A stretch of 64,000 bases of DNA from Candidatus Eiseniibacteriota bacterium. Its GTDB lineage: Bacteria; Eisenbacteria; RBG-16-71-46; CAZAMP01. The first letter of the stretch is position 1. The number at the start of each line of letters is the position of its first letter. Shown here one piece after another: positions 11,601 through 21,056 of this stretch. The notes below the pieces were generated by a model. That model made no database searches. It had not been told where the DNA came from and saw nothing but the letters and a program-made list of their open reading frames with translations. The position numbers and the translations under genes are program-made. Where the stretch lies: the NCBI GenBank assembly GCA_965224245.1, contig OZ245046.1, positions 4,512,001 to 4,576,000 of the forward strand. Direction: 5' to 3'.

Positions 11601-12277
11601 AGACGGTCGACCTGTCGCTCGTGCAGGCCGATCTGGAGACCTACGATCGATGGTGGACCGCGCGGCAGTCCGCGATCGCGGACGCGTCGCAGCCCACGCG
11701 GCGCGTCGTTCGCGTGACCGACCTGGCCGGCGAGGGGCTCGACGACGGGTGTCTCTCCGAGCTGCCCGAGCTCTCGGACATCCCGATCGACATAATCGAG
11801 ATCGCGCGTGCCGGGGCGCGCCCCGGCGGCAAGCGCTTCGGCGCGCTCGTTCACGCGGTGCTGGCCGCGGTGCCGCTTCGAGCGGACGAGAACGCCATCG
11901 CGAGGGTGACGGAGCTTCAAGGTCGGATACTCGGGGCGTCCGAGGCGGAGGTGGAAGCCGCGCGCGCGGTCGTGTCCCAGGTACTCGCGCACCCGATCGT
12001 GGCTCGGGCCGCCGAGATCGAATCCGATCCGGCGACGACGTCGGCCGAGTGCCGGCGGGAGAGCGCGGTCACCCTGCGGCTCGACCCGCGGACGAACGTG
12101 GACGGTGTCGTGGATCTCGCGTTCCGCGACGGTGACGAGTGGACCGTGGTGGACTTCAAGACCGATCGCGAGATCGGTGACGAGGCCGACGCGTACACGG
12201 CGCAGCTACGGCTCTACGCGATCGCCATCGGGCGCGCCACTCGATCCCCGGTGCGTGGGGTGCTGATGCGGATCTGA
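8663..12277 (+). CDS. addA: AddA-like UvrD helicase-nuclease
   Basis: EAAAGTGKTT, VTFTEKAA, IDEFQDT, VGDPKQSIYRFRRAD, MTVHKAKGLEFP, YVAATRARD; C-terminal nuclease GVVDL..VVDFKTD..QLRLY. Confidence 0.92.
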   Translation: MTNHPPREPERLVDQDARDRIQKSLDETLIVEAAAGTGKTTELVTRIVAMLASGRARVDGLAAVTFTEKAAGELKLRLRAKLEEERHALAERAAGGGESEADRHANLEDALARLEEARLGTIHGFCADLLRERSVEARVDPEFQTMTEPEAERLFREAFDSWFQEQLRDPPEGVRRALRRVAFERPGGGNPLARQRLAADGGPIARLRQAGWTLANWRDFPADWRLDSFPREEHVDTLVAGLHELARKSATSSYPARDKFFRDTQGVRDLSERIRTAESVRARDYDGLEAQLVAVLDRSLRYAKKGRGKQYGPGVTWDEVCDLHQRFVAALEAFVEQADAHLAACLQRELRDAVERYDVLKSRLGRLDFVDLLVRARDLVRDSAGARRDYQRQFSHVFIDEFQDTDPLQAEILMLLAADDPDATSWREVTPVPGKLFLVGDPKQSIYRFRRADVGTYLDVKDMLVARGAVALTLTTSFRSLPSIQRVVNHAFVESMDGDRDALQADYVPLSPFREDVTSRPTIVALPVPKPTSQYGRVTKGAIEASLPNAVGAFVEWLVTESGWKVTERDSPAPVPVQARHVCILFRRFDSFYAGDITKGYVQALESRGVRHLLVGGRTFHLREEIETVRTALTAIEWPDDELSIFGTLRGPLFAIGDEELLLWRHDPTRKTARRLHPFRVPEADAIPESLHPIREALLLLADLHRARNERPIAETISVLLEATRAHAGFALQPSGEQVLANVLFVAEQARRYEGSGGISFRGFVDQLLEDAGSGKAAEAPILEDDSDGVRLMTVHKAKGLEFPVVILADITASFATQQASRFIDPARGLCAVRVAGWSPLDLIENRGVELKRDQAESVRLAYVAATRARDLLVVPTIGEGPGALGQLGEDLARAGWVAPLMPALYPPRPAWQHAGPAPACPRFGKASVIDDDPTSPAPATVSPGQHEIGEYRVTWWDPKLLGTTPPVVFGIRREDLIKKTVDLSLVQADLETYDRWWTARQSAIADASQPTRRVVRVTDLAGEGLDDGCLSELPELSDIPIDIIEIARAGARPGGKRFGALVHAVLAAVPLRADENAIARVTELQGRILGASEAEVEAARAVVSQVLAHPIVARAAEIESDPATTSAECRRESAVTLRLDPRTNVDGVVDLAFRDGDEWTVVDFKTDREIGDEADAYTAQLRLYAIAIGRATRSPVRGVLMRI

Positions 12278-12787
12278 GACGTTGGTGGACTCGACGGAAG
12301 CCGCGTGACGCCGGGGCCAGAGCGACGCCAGTGCGATCGCGATCACGCCGGTCGTGATCGCGAGATCCGCCACGTTGAACACGCCCGTCCGCACCGGTCC
12401 CACTCCGACCACCATGAAGTCGCGCACGACCCCGAGCTGAACCCGATCGATGATGTTCCCGATCCCGCCGGCCACGATCATCGCCATCGCCACGACTCGC
12501 CACGCGCGGGCGCGCCCGTCCACGAACAGATGGAACAGCAGCCCCAGCACGAGCGCCCCCGACAGCCCCACGAAGATCGCCGTGCGCCATGCGGGCGGGA
12601 GCGCGGCGCCCAGACTCAGGAAGGCACCCTCGTTCTCGGCGTAGTGCAGGCGGAAGAGACCGCCGAGGTACTCGTGGCTTGTGCCGTCCGACAGCGCGGC
12701 GACCGCGATGCGCTTGGTCCAGAGATCGATCGCGAGCAGAACGACGATGACGACGAGGATCACGATCAGTCGTGCCGGGCGGGTCAT
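12206..12787 (-). CDS. lspA: Lipoprotein signal peptidase II
   Basis: DLWTK, ENEGAFLSL, GGIGNIIDRV, VRDF, FNVADLAI. The real start is 12787, not the ORF-track start at 13630. Confidence 0.92.
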   Translation of the reverse strand: MTRPARLIVILVVIVVLLAIDLWTKRIAVAALSDGTSHEYLGGLFRLHYAENEGAFLSLGAALPPAWRTAIFVGLSGALVLGLLFHLFVDGRARAWRVVAMAMIVAGGIGNIIDRVQLGVVRDFMVVGVGPVRTGVFNVADLAITTGVIAIALASLWPRRHAASVESTNVSDPHQHPTHRGSSGAPDGDRVEP

Positions 12788-13458
12788 GCGGTCCTCACAT
12801 CGGTCAGGCGACATCCGCCTCGGTAGAACAGGACCATGCCGAGGATCTGCACGACGTGGTAGATGTCGTTGTTGTTGAAGTGTGTGTGGAGGCCCCATCC
12901 CGAGAGCTGGATCGCCGCGGCGGCGAACGACACCGCCACGCCCCCCGCCAGGGGAAGCCCCGCCGACGGCGCCGCGGCCCGGCCGGGCCCGTCCGTCCCG
13001 CGGGATCGCAGATGCAGCGCGATGGCCCCGGCGAACACGATGATGAGCGATGGCACGTAGTCGTAGATCACGTAGCGGAAGTCGGCATCCACGAACGTGA
13101 CCCACGCCAGGTACAGCGCCAGCTTCAGCCCCACGAGCACGAGCAGGATCCGGCGCGCCGCGACCGGGGCCACCGCGAAGACGATCGCAACCAGTAGGAA
13201 CGCGTCGGCCAGCCCGATCGAGTAGACGGTGATCGTCCACATCGCGTGCTGCCCGGCATCGCCGATGTACGCGACGAGCCCGTGCCAGACGCCGCCAGCC
13301 AGCGCGGCGAGCGCGAGCCACAGGAACGTCCCGCTCATGGCCCACACCGCTCGCTGGCGTCCCGATTGCCACCGCTGGACGAGCTTCATCCCGAGCGCGA
13401 TCGTGACGCCCGCCAGCAGGAAGTCGGTCACCATCGTCATCGGCTCGCGAATGTCCAA
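12784..13458 (-). CDS. About 7-TM membrane protein, DUF6962-like
   Basis: EPMTMVTDFLLA, GGVWHG, FNNNDIYHVVQ motifs. Probable TTG start after AAAGG. ATGA overlap with lspA. Confidence 0.7.
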   Translation of the reverse strand: MDIREPMTMVTDFLLAGVTIALGMKLVQRWQSGRQRAVWAMSGTFLWLALAALAGGVWHGLVAYIGDAGQHAMWTITVYSIGLADAFLLVAIVFAVAPVAARRILLVLVGLKLALYLAWVTFVDADFRYVIYDYVPSLIIVFAGAIALHLRSRGTDGPGRAAAPSAGLPLAGGVAVSFAAAAIQLSGWGLHTHFNNNDIYHVVQILGMVLFYRGGCRLTDVRTA

Positions 13459-13738
13459 TGCGTGGCCTTTCGAAGTCTCGGACACGGCGGGGGCTCGGGG
13501 AGTCGCGCCGAGACCGATCGACTCGGCGTGGACGCGACGGGGACGGCGCCCGCCGGGCCTCGAGCCCACGTCCGCCTGGATCGCGCGGCACGATATCACC
13601 TGACGTCGCGCCGCTCAAACTCCCAGCCACACCGAGGACCCCACCCCGAGCCGACTATCGACGCGAGGCCGGGCGCGCTATCCTCGGGCGTTCCCCAGCG
13701 TCGTCACATACTCTCGACCTCAGGAACGGAGACGAGCC

Positions 13739-14566
13739 GTGAAGGGATTCCTGGAAGCCGGCGCTTGCGACGGAGCGACCGCGATCGTGACCGGTGGCGG
13801 CACCGGACTCGGGCTCGAGGTCTCGCGCCTGCTCGCATCGCTCGGGGCCAACGTCGCGATCGCGAGCCGGAGCGCCGAGCACCACGAGACGTTCCTCGCC
13901 GACGCGGCCGAGCATGATTGGCCCGCCGCTGCCCACGTCGTGGACGTACGCGAGCCGAAGGCCATCGACACCGTGTTCGGCGCGGTGCGCGATCAGTTCG
14001 GCCGTGTCGACATCTTGATCAACAACGCGGCCGGCAACTTCGTCCGCCCGTCCATCGACCTTCCGCCGAAGGGATGGCGCGCCGTCATCGACATCGCGCT
14101 GTCGGGCGTCTTCTACTGCTCGCAGTCGCTGGCCCGCCTGGCACGAGACGACGGCGGAGGCGCCAGCATCGCGAACATCATCGCTCCGTACGCGTGGACG
14201 GGATGCCCCGGCGTCGTGCACTCGGTGTGTGCGAAGGCCGGCGTGCTGGCGATGACGCGGTCGCTCGCGGTGGAGTGGGCGTCGCTCGGCATCCGCGTGA
14301 ACGCCGTGGCGCCGGGGCCCTTCGAGAGCGAAGGCGCCGCGTCCCGGCTCTGGCCGTCCGAGGAGATCGCCGACGCCATCCGGGCCGAGATCCCGATGGG
14401 GCGCTTCGCCGACGTGGACGAGGTGGCGCGGACGGTGGTGTATCTGGCGTCGCCACAGGCCAGCTACGTCACCGGAACGTGTCTGACCGTCGACGGGGGC
14501 TGGTCGCTCGGCAAGGGGCTCGCCGGCGAGATGAGCGTGAGCGCGCGGCCCCGTCGACGCTCGTGA
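13739..14566 (+). CDS. SDR oxidoreductase, 2,4-dienoyl-CoA reductase-like
   Basis: VTGGGTGLG, INNAAGNF, HSxxAK in place of YxxxK, VNAVAPGP, VDGG. Confidence 0.85.
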   Translation: MKGFLEAGACDGATAIVTGGGTGLGLEVSRLLASLGANVAIASRSAEHHETFLADAAEHDWPAAAHVVDVREPKAIDTVFGAVRDQFGRVDILINNAAGNFVRPSIDLPPKGWRAVIDIALSGVFYCSQSLARLARDDGGGASIANIIAPYAWTGCPGVVHSVCAKAGVLAMTRSLAVEWASLGIRVNAVAPGPFESEGAASRLWPSEEIADAIRAEIPMGRFADVDEVARTVVYLASPQASYVTGTCLTVDGGWSLGKGLAGEMSVSARPRRRS

Positions 14567-14622
14567 AGTCGCGGGACGCCCGTCCCGACCTTCTTCGCAT
14601 GCGCCGCGATCGACACCGATTG

Positions 14623-14642
14623 AATGATGCCGATGCATCATT
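14623..14642. promoter_or_regulatory. Perfect inverted repeat AATGATGC-CGAT-GCATCATT, candidate operator upstream of paralog P1
   Basis: 8-bp arms with a 4-nt spacer, intergenic, about 120 nt before the ATG at 14762. Confidence 0.4.
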
Positions 14643-14761
14643 GGCGCACGAGCCCACGTGCTCGACGATTCGGTTTTCATGGCCATCGAGCGGCTCCAGG
14701 TCTCGTCACCCTCGAGGACAGGCCGCTCGACAGTCCGCTACCCATAACAAGAGGTCGGACC

Positions 14762-17700
14762 ATGTTCGATCGAGCAATCACTCGTGCCGCGCTGCTGGTC
14801 GCGGCGAGCACGGTCGCTCTCCCGAGCGGCGTCTCCGCGAGCGACGAGCCGCGTCCTACGGTTGCGAAGCCGACCCTCACACACCGAGACGATGAACTCG
14901 CAGGCCGCCAGGACGCCAGCCGGCAAGCGGTCGTGTGGCTGGGCGGTGTGGGCGCCGACGGGCAGGCGCAGGTCGGCGGAATCTGGGACTTCGAGGACGG
15001 TACGCTCCAGGGATGGCAGTCGGTCGATCTCTCCGCCGAGGCAGCGTACTTCCGTCGCATCACGCCGGCCGACGCAATCGCACACGGCGATCCGACCGAC
15101 CCCACGATGGCCGGCGCCGGATCGATGTGGGTGGGCGCCCACCAGGACGAAGCAGAGATGATGTGCTGGCCCCGCGGTATGGGCTACGGCGATTCCTGGG
15201 CCATGTGGATGACGAAGACCTTCACGTACGGCGGTACCGGCACCATCACGCTGAGCTTCGACTACTTCACTGACAGCGAGACCCAGTTCGACTACACGTA
15301 CGTGTACACGGAAGTCGCCGGGATCCGCTCGCTACCTCTGAACACCTCGGTGTGGTCGAGCCCTCAGGGCTGGGGCTACTCCGGTGCGATCGACGACGGC
15401 ACCGCGATCGGAAGTCCGTCGGCCCCGGCCACCGACACCATCGTGATCGACGCCTCGCATCTTCCAGCCAACCCAGGCGATCCGTTTACCATCGCGTTCA
15501 AGTTCGACTCCGACTACGTCTACTCGGACGAGCTGAACCGATACTCGGCGTTTTTGAACTCCCGGTTCGGCGCGTTTGGCGTCGACGACATCGGGGTCGT
15601 GGGCGTGGGACTCTCCGACGTGAGCACCTTCGAGATGGACGTGGATGGATGGAGCACGTTCAGCGAACCCCCGATTGGCACCTACCTCGACGTGGACATG
15701 CTCGGGAGTCTTCCACCGATCGGAGGGACGTGCCTCGATCCGCCCACGAACCACGTGATGGTTGCGATCGACGGCAGCGGTACCTACGCACACCCTCAGC
15801 GCCAGCACGAGGAGCTACTGTCGCCGCCCGCGTACGTTGGATCGGGGTCCGGATTCGAGAGCTTCGAGAGTATCGTGGCCCGCTTCACGACATGGGAGGA
15901 GCTGCCTCTTCCTGAGGGAGTCGGCTACCAGGTGGGCGCACGCTACCATCCCTGGACGTGCCCCGAGACCGGCGTCGTGAGCTGGAGCATCGTCGCGAGA
16001 GGTCCTCTCGGTTACTTCTTCACCTTCCCCGGTCTGTGTCAGACGTGGGACGTCGACCTGGGGCCCTACGTGCCGGCGGGCGTCGACTCGATCCGGCTGG
16101 TCTTCGAGCTTCTCAGCGACACCGAGGACTTCTTCTCTGGGTCGGGGCCCGCCGTGACCGACCCATCGCCGCTCTGGGACGACATCCAGCTCGGGGTCGA
16201 CTTCGGAAGCGCGACGTTCTTCGCGCGCGGCTCCTACTACGCCGGCACCACCGGCATCTGGGGATTCGACAGCGGGAACCAGCTCCATGACGACGGGCTC
16301 CATGGCGACGACGCGGCCGGCGATGGGATCTTCGGCGCGTTCGTGGTGACCGACCAGCCACCCGGGCAGCACGAGTTCAAGATCGCGACCGGCGACTGGA
16401 GCCAGGCCTACCCGACGAACCCCTCCTATCCGACCGCGAATGCAATCCTCTACACCGAGGCATCCGACGATCTGGTGCACTTCCGGCTGGACACGAACGT
16501 GCTCTCGGACTGGCAGCCGGCGGCGAACGCGGTCTCGTGCGATCGCTTCGCGCCGACGGGCTCGGTGTTCGAGGTGATCGGCAGCGCGCCGGAGCTGGGG
16601 TCCTGGGTGACCGGCGTTCCCGCCACTCTGGACGGGGATACGTGGTACGCCGACATCGTGGTCGCCTCGCCCGGCCCCGTCGAGTACAAGTTCCGCGTGG
16701 CGGGAACCTGGGACGTCTGCAACGTCGGGATCCACTACAACATGTTCATCGGCGACAACTTCTCCGCCACCATCCCGAGCGCGAGCGCCCTGATGCGGTT
16801 TGAGTTCAACACGATCGACGGGCGGTCGCGCGCCAGAGAGCTGAACGCCAGCTCGCTGGTGCTCGAGCCGGATCTCCTCTATCAGGACATCTATCCCTCC
16901 GAGAACTCACTCGTGCCGAGTGCCACGGCGGAGATGCACAGCTACCTGGATCTCACGGCCGGCGATGGAGACGACTTGAACGCCCAGCTCGGCGACTCGG
17001 TCACCGTCGCGGGAACCGATGACGTCGGTGTGGAGGTATATCTCAACTTCCGTGTCTATCCCGGACCCGCCATGGACCTGAACGGGAATGGAGACTACTC
17101 GGACGATACCGGCTGGTGGACTGATCCCCGCTTCGAGCCCGGCAGCGATGCGTTGGCCCCGTCGTGGGCGGCAGCTCGGCTGGACACGGCGATGACCGGA
17201 GAGGTCGTGACCCCGGGGATGTTCGCCACGTACTTCTGGCCCGACGGCTCGAACGGCTACGGATCGGGCAATCCCGACAAGGTGCTGCCGGACGATTTCT
17301 TCACGCCGGGAACCACCGTCGAGTACTTCTTCTCGACGAACTACGCGTCCAGCCCTGCCGATCAGAAGATCTCGCCCGATACGACGGCCGGAGAGCCCCT
17401 CGAGTTGGAGGTCCTGCCCGGCTACGTTCGAGTGGGAAGCGACATCCTGACTTCGTGCGTGCTGTACGTGGATGCGGCCGAAGAGGGTGCCGAGGAGCTG
17501 ATCGAGGACTACGGACTGCGTCCCTGGTGCGGGTCCGGCTTCGACTACACCGGCCTCGAACACGACCGCTGGGATCGATACGACTACCAGGAGGCTGCGT
17601 CCACGATCGTGGCCCCGATGGCGCGCCAGGTTCTCGGCAACAACGGCATGACGCCTTATCAATCGATGGCGTACCGGTACATTTTCTACAGCACCGGTGC

Positions 17701-18622
17701 TCGCCGGGAGCGAGCGCTTCGGAACGGGGACGCGGATCTCCTGGCCAGCTTCCTGACGAACGGGAGCCTCGGCCGAGACAGCTTCGTGAAGGGGCTCTGG
17801 CTGAGCGGGGACGGAGCGGGAGACATTCTCGTCTCCCAGGGCGACTCACACGCACAGGCGTTGCTCGAGCATTTTTTCCAGGCTCAGCTCATCGGCCACC
17901 TCATCGACGTGCCTCCTTGCTGCATCCGGCTGGATCCGACCCCGACCCGGCACTTCCCGCCCTCTCTGTCGCCGTACAGCGCGGCCGATCACGGCACGCC
18001 GCCCGACGAGCGGATCTTCGACGTGGTGGGCGCGGTGGGGGACGGGGTCGGCGACATCACCTACGTGGATCAGACCAGTGGGGAGATACAGACCAACTTC
18101 GCGTCGGTGTCGAACGAGCAGACCTCTTACCACACGGTGATCGACGGGTTCTCACTGACCCAGCTTCGCGAGGTTCCCGGGGGATGGACGGGCTGTACGT
18201 GCCCCCCGATCGGGAACGCGATCACGATCCGGGTGGCCGACGTCTTCGATTGGTTCGGCGCGCCTGCCGGTTCGGCGGTGATGAAGGACGTGGATCCACT
18301 CCTGATCGACGTGGACGAGACCGCCTCGAGCGAGTCGCCCCGTCGCACGCGGCTCCTTCGTGGTGCGCCGAATCCGTTCAACCCCACGACCTCCGTGCGC
18401 TACGAGATCCACGAGCGCACCGAGGTCACGATCCAGGTGCTGGACGTCCGAGGCCGATACGTATCGACGCTGACGAGCACCGCGTACGATCCCGGCCGGT
18501 ACGAGCTGAGCTGGGACGGTCGGAATGCGATCGGTGACGCGCTGGCCAGTGGCGTCTACTGGGTGCGGATGACCACGTCGAGCGGGTATCGTGGCGCGAC
18601 GCGCGTGATCTTGCTGAAGTGA
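14762..18622 (+). CDS. Large secreted protein P1 (paralog family) with an inserted carbohydrate-binding-like module and a FlgD-Ig/T9SS-like C-terminal domain
   Basis: Signal peptide (..SGVSA), GAGG RBS, WDFEDGTLQGW, C-terminal APNPFNPTT..WDGRN..SGVYW..RVILLK. Colinear with the genes at 31469, 34909 and 38350. Confidence 0.85.
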   Translation: MFDRAITRAALLVAASTVALPSGVSASDEPRPTVAKPTLTHRDDELAGRQDASRQAVVWLGGVGADGQAQVGGIWDFEDGTLQGWQSVDLSAEAAYFRRITPADAIAHGDPTDPTMAGAGSMWVGAHQDEAEMMCWPRGMGYGDSWAMWMTKTFTYGGTGTITLSFDYFTDSETQFDYTYVYTEVAGIRSLPLNTSVWSSPQGWGYSGAIDDGTAIGSPSAPATDTIVIDASHLPANPGDPFTIAFKFDSDYVYSDELNRYSAFLNSRFGAFGVDDIGVVGVGLSDVSTFEMDVDGWSTFSEPPIGTYLDVDMLGSLPPIGGTCLDPPTNHVMVAIDGSGTYAHPQRQHEELLSPPAYVGSGSGFESFESIVARFTTWEELPLPEGVGYQVGARYHPWTCPETGVVSWSIVARGPLGYFFTFPGLCQTWDVDLGPYVPAGVDSIRLVFELLSDTEDFFSGSGPAVTDPSPLWDDIQLGVDFGSATFFARGSYYAGTTGIWGFDSGNQLHDDGLHGDDAAGDGIFGAFVVTDQPPGQHEFKIATGDWSQAYPTNPSYPTANAILYTEASDDLVHFRLDTNVLSDWQPAANAVSCDRFAPTGSVFEVIGSAPELGSWVTGVPATLDGDTWYADIVVASPGPVEYKFRVAGTWDVCNVGIHYNMFIGDNFSATIPSASALMRFEFNTIDGRSRARELNASSLVLEPDLLYQDIYPSENSLVPSATAEMHSYLDLTAGDGDDLNAQLGDSVTVAGTDDVGVEVYLNFRVYPGPAMDLNGNGDYSDDTGWWTDPRFEPGSDALAPSWAAARLDTAMTGEVVTPGMFATYFWPDGSNGYGSGNPDKVLPDDFFTPGTTVEYFFSTNYASSPADQKISPDTTAGEPLELEVLPGYVRVGSDILTSCVLYVDAAEEGAEELIEDYGLRPWCGSGFDYTGLEHDRWDRYDYQEAASTIVAPMARQVLGNNGMTPYQSMAYRYIFYSTGARRERALRNGDADLLASFLTNGSLGRDSFVKGLWLSGDGAGDILVSQGDSHAQALLEHFFQAQLIGHLIDVPPCCIRLDPTPTRHFPPSLSPYSAADHGTPPDERIFDVVGAVGDGVGDITYVDQTSGEIQTNFASVSNEQTSYHTVIDGFSLTQLREVPGGWTGCTCPPIGNAITIRVADVFDWFGAPAGSAVMKDVDPLLIDVDETASSESPRRTRLLRGAPNPFNPTTSVRYEIHERTEVTIQVLDVRGRYVSTLTSTAYDPGRYELSWDGRNAIGDALASGVYWVRMTTSSGYRGATRVILLK

Positions 18623-18696
18623 CCCTGGGCCGGGTCAGTGAGCCGACATCGTGGCCCCGACGGGCCGGTCTTCCGGCACGGGTGAGGCCCCGCGTT

Positions 18697-19329
18697 CTAC
18701 GCGCCACCCGGGTTCCGCGGGGCCTCCTCCCACGCCCGGAGGAACTCCCGCGCCGCCTCGGCCGAGTGCAGGTACGCGAACTTCGCGACCTGCTCGCCGA
18801 CCTGACGCACTTGCTTCTCCAGCTGGGGATCAGTGAAGCGTCCATCGTCGTCGATCGCCTGCCAGGCGTGGGGAATCGCCACCTGCTCGGGCACGACCCA
18901 CGCATGCAGCGCGCGGCCGATCATCCTGAGCGTGGTCAGCGCGTTCACCGCCCCGAGCGCGCCGCCGGCGATCCCGACGAGACCGATCATCTTGCCCTCG
19001 AACTCGGAGAACCCCATCAGATCGAGCGCGTTCTTGAGGACGCCGCTGAAGCTGCCGTGGTACTCGGGCGTCGCGAGGATGATGCCCTCGGCCTCGCGGA
19101 CCTTCCGGCGCAGCCTGAGCACGCCGGGTGGATCGTCGGGCTGCGGACCCCCGGTGCAGAAGATCAGATCGTAGTCTCGGAGATCGATCAGCTCGCAGTC
19201 GGCGCCGATCGCCTCGGCCCCGGCGAGGGCCGTGGCCAGGGCCACGTGCGTGCGGCCGCGGGGCGTCAGGCTGCCGCAGATTCCGACCACGCGGACGGGA
19301 CGATCCAGCTGCTCGCGTGCGGTCGTCAC
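18697..19329 (-). CDS. NADPH-dependent FMN reductase
   Basis: GICGSL, ATPEYHGSFSGVLKNALD. GGAGG RBS precedes a GTG start. Confidence 0.92.
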   Translation of the reverse strand: MTTAREQLDRPVRVVGICGSLTPRGRTHVALATALAGAEAIGADCELIDLRDYDLIFCTGGPQPDDPPGVLRLRRKVREAEGIILATPEYHGSFSGVLKNALDLMGFSEFEGKMIGLVGIAGGALGAVNALTTLRMIGRALHAWVVPEQVAIPHAWQAIDDDGRFTDPQLEKQVRQVGEQVAKFAYLHSAEAAREFLRAWEEAPRNPGGA

Positions 19330-19694
19330 GGGATGTCACCTCCACCGGACTCGAGGACCGCGGTGACGTCCTCGGCCTCCCGGACGAAGCGCCGCGCCTC
19401 GTCGGTGCTGACCTCGTCGTCTTCGAGGATCAGGAACGTGTGCCGACGGAAGGCCGCAAAGGCCGAATCGGTCTCGGCGGTGACGCCGTACGTCTTGTAC
19501 GCGTCCCAGAGCCGGTCGCATACCGCCTGCGCGGCGGCGCGCTCGTCGGCCGGAAGACCCGTCACGACCTTTTCGGTCGTCTTCGCGAAGACGTAGTCGT
19601 TCACCCGCCGGGAGACCGGGCCGCAGAAGGCCACGAGCCCCAGAGCCAGCACGACGACGGTCAGGAACGTCACGATGGTCAGACGCGGCAACAT
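19326..19694 (-). CDS. Small hypothetical protein with N-terminal membrane anchor
   Basis: Hydrophobic N-terminus; GTGA overlap with the FMN reductase start. Confidence 0.6.
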   Translation of the reverse strand: MLPRLTIVTFLTVVVLALGLVAFCGPVSRRVNDYVFAKTTEKVVTGLPADERAAAQAVCDRLWDAYKTYGVTAETDSAFAAFRRHTFLILEDDEVSTDEARRFVREAEDVTAVLESGGGDIP

Positions 19695-19771
19695 GGCCGG
19701 GACGATACTACCCCTTGCCGAACCGCGAAAGCGCCCTATCATGGGTCGCGTTCAATCACCAGGAGGGGATC

Positions 19772-20947
19772 ATGAGCCGCACGGTCACATTCGAGACCCG
19801 GATCTCCGGCGGAGCCGCGCTCGCCGGTCTGCTCGCGCTCACCGGCGCGGTCGGTTTCGTCGGGTGCTCGTCGTCGCCCGAGATGGATCAGGCCAGCCTG
19901 GACGCCATCGAGCAGCACCTCGCCAGCATGGGGGCCCCGCCCATCGACTACGTGATCGGTCTGTTCGACGACCACGACGTCGTGCTCCTCGGCGAGCACC
20001 AGCTCGTGCGGCAGGATGCCCGGTTCGCGGCGTCGCTGGTCCCCGCGCTGGGCGATGCCGGCATCGTGCTCGCGATCGAGTACGCCTGTGCCGAGGATCA
20101 GGCGCGGATCGACGCCGTCGTGAACGAGCCCCTGTACGACGAGGCCGGCGCGATCGCGGTACAGCATCACTACGCCGGGGGCCTGTGGCCGTACCGGGAG
20201 TACGTCGAGATCCTGAAGGCGGCCTGGGACCACAACCGGCACGCCGATCAGGCGTCCCGCATCCGGGTCATCGGCCTCTCGCCGGTCGTCGACTGGGAGG
20301 CCGTGAACTTCGGCGAGGGCGCGGAGCGCGAGGCCGAGGTGCGGAAGATCCAGCAGACCGACGCCTACATGGCGGCGCTCGTGCAGCGCGAGGTGGACGC
20401 CGGACGCAAGGTGCTCGTCTACTGCGGGACGACGCGTGCGTTCACGGACTTCGTCCCGACCATCGAGCACCAGGGCGATCGGGTGCCCGACGACAACCAC
20501 ATGGGGCACATCCTGAGCCGGTCGCTCGGCGATCGCGCGGTCACGGTGCTGTTGCATCAGCCGTGGCCCGGCCCCGACGGGGCGCTCGTCGGTCCGGCCG
20601 ACGGCCGCCTGAACCCGGCCCTGGCCGCGCTCGCGGACTCGGCCGGCGTCGGCTTCGATCTGGCCGGACCGGTGGGACAGCTGACCGAGACGCGCTCGCT
20701 CTACGCGCTGGACGATGCCGATCTCCACCTGTCGGACGTGGCGGACGGGTACGTGTTTCTCGCTCCGTTCGCCGAGCTCATCGGTGTGCAGGTGATCACG
20801 TCGTGGGTCTCCGAGGACGAGTTCGAGGCGTTCCGCCGGGGCTATCCCAATCCCCGCGTGATGGACGAGGTGGACTCGGTCCGGCGGCTCGTCGAGCGGT
20901 TCTCGCAGAACGCGGCCATCCGTCTCCGGTTCCGCGGCATCGAGTGA
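19772..20947 (+). CDS. Putative lipoprotein, ChaN/EreA-like fold
   Basis: AGGAGG RBS, lipobox-like FVGC, DVVLLGEH and LAIEY motifs. Confidence 0.65.
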   Translation: MSRTVTFETRISGGAALAGLLALTGAVGFVGCSSSPEMDQASLDAIEQHLASMGAPPIDYVIGLFDDHDVVLLGEHQLVRQDARFAASLVPALGDAGIVLAIEYACAEDQARIDAVVNEPLYDEAGAIAVQHHYAGGLWPYREYVEILKAAWDHNRHADQASRIRVIGLSPVVDWEAVNFGEGAEREAEVRKIQQTDAYMAALVQREVDAGRKVLVYCGTTRAFTDFVPTIEHQGDRVPDDNHMGHILSRSLGDRAVTVLLHQPWPGPDGALVGPADGRLNPALAALADSAGVGFDLAGPVGQLTETRSLYALDDADLHLSDVADGYVFLAPFAELIGVQVITSWVSEDEFEAFRRGYPNPRVMDEVDSVRRLVERFSQNAAIRLRFRGIE

Positions 20948-21056
20948 GCGCGCCGGCGGCCAGATCCGCCCCCGGTGGCGCCCGGAGCCCGGATGGCGTC
21001 GGGCGACCGTCACGACGCTTGCGGGGGTGATCGCCGCCTCCGTATAGTGCGCGATC

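Noticed and set aside
18620-18637. Terminator after P1 (TGACCC-N6-GGGTCA)
   Set aside because: Short stem overlapping the stop codon with no U-tract; too weak to call.
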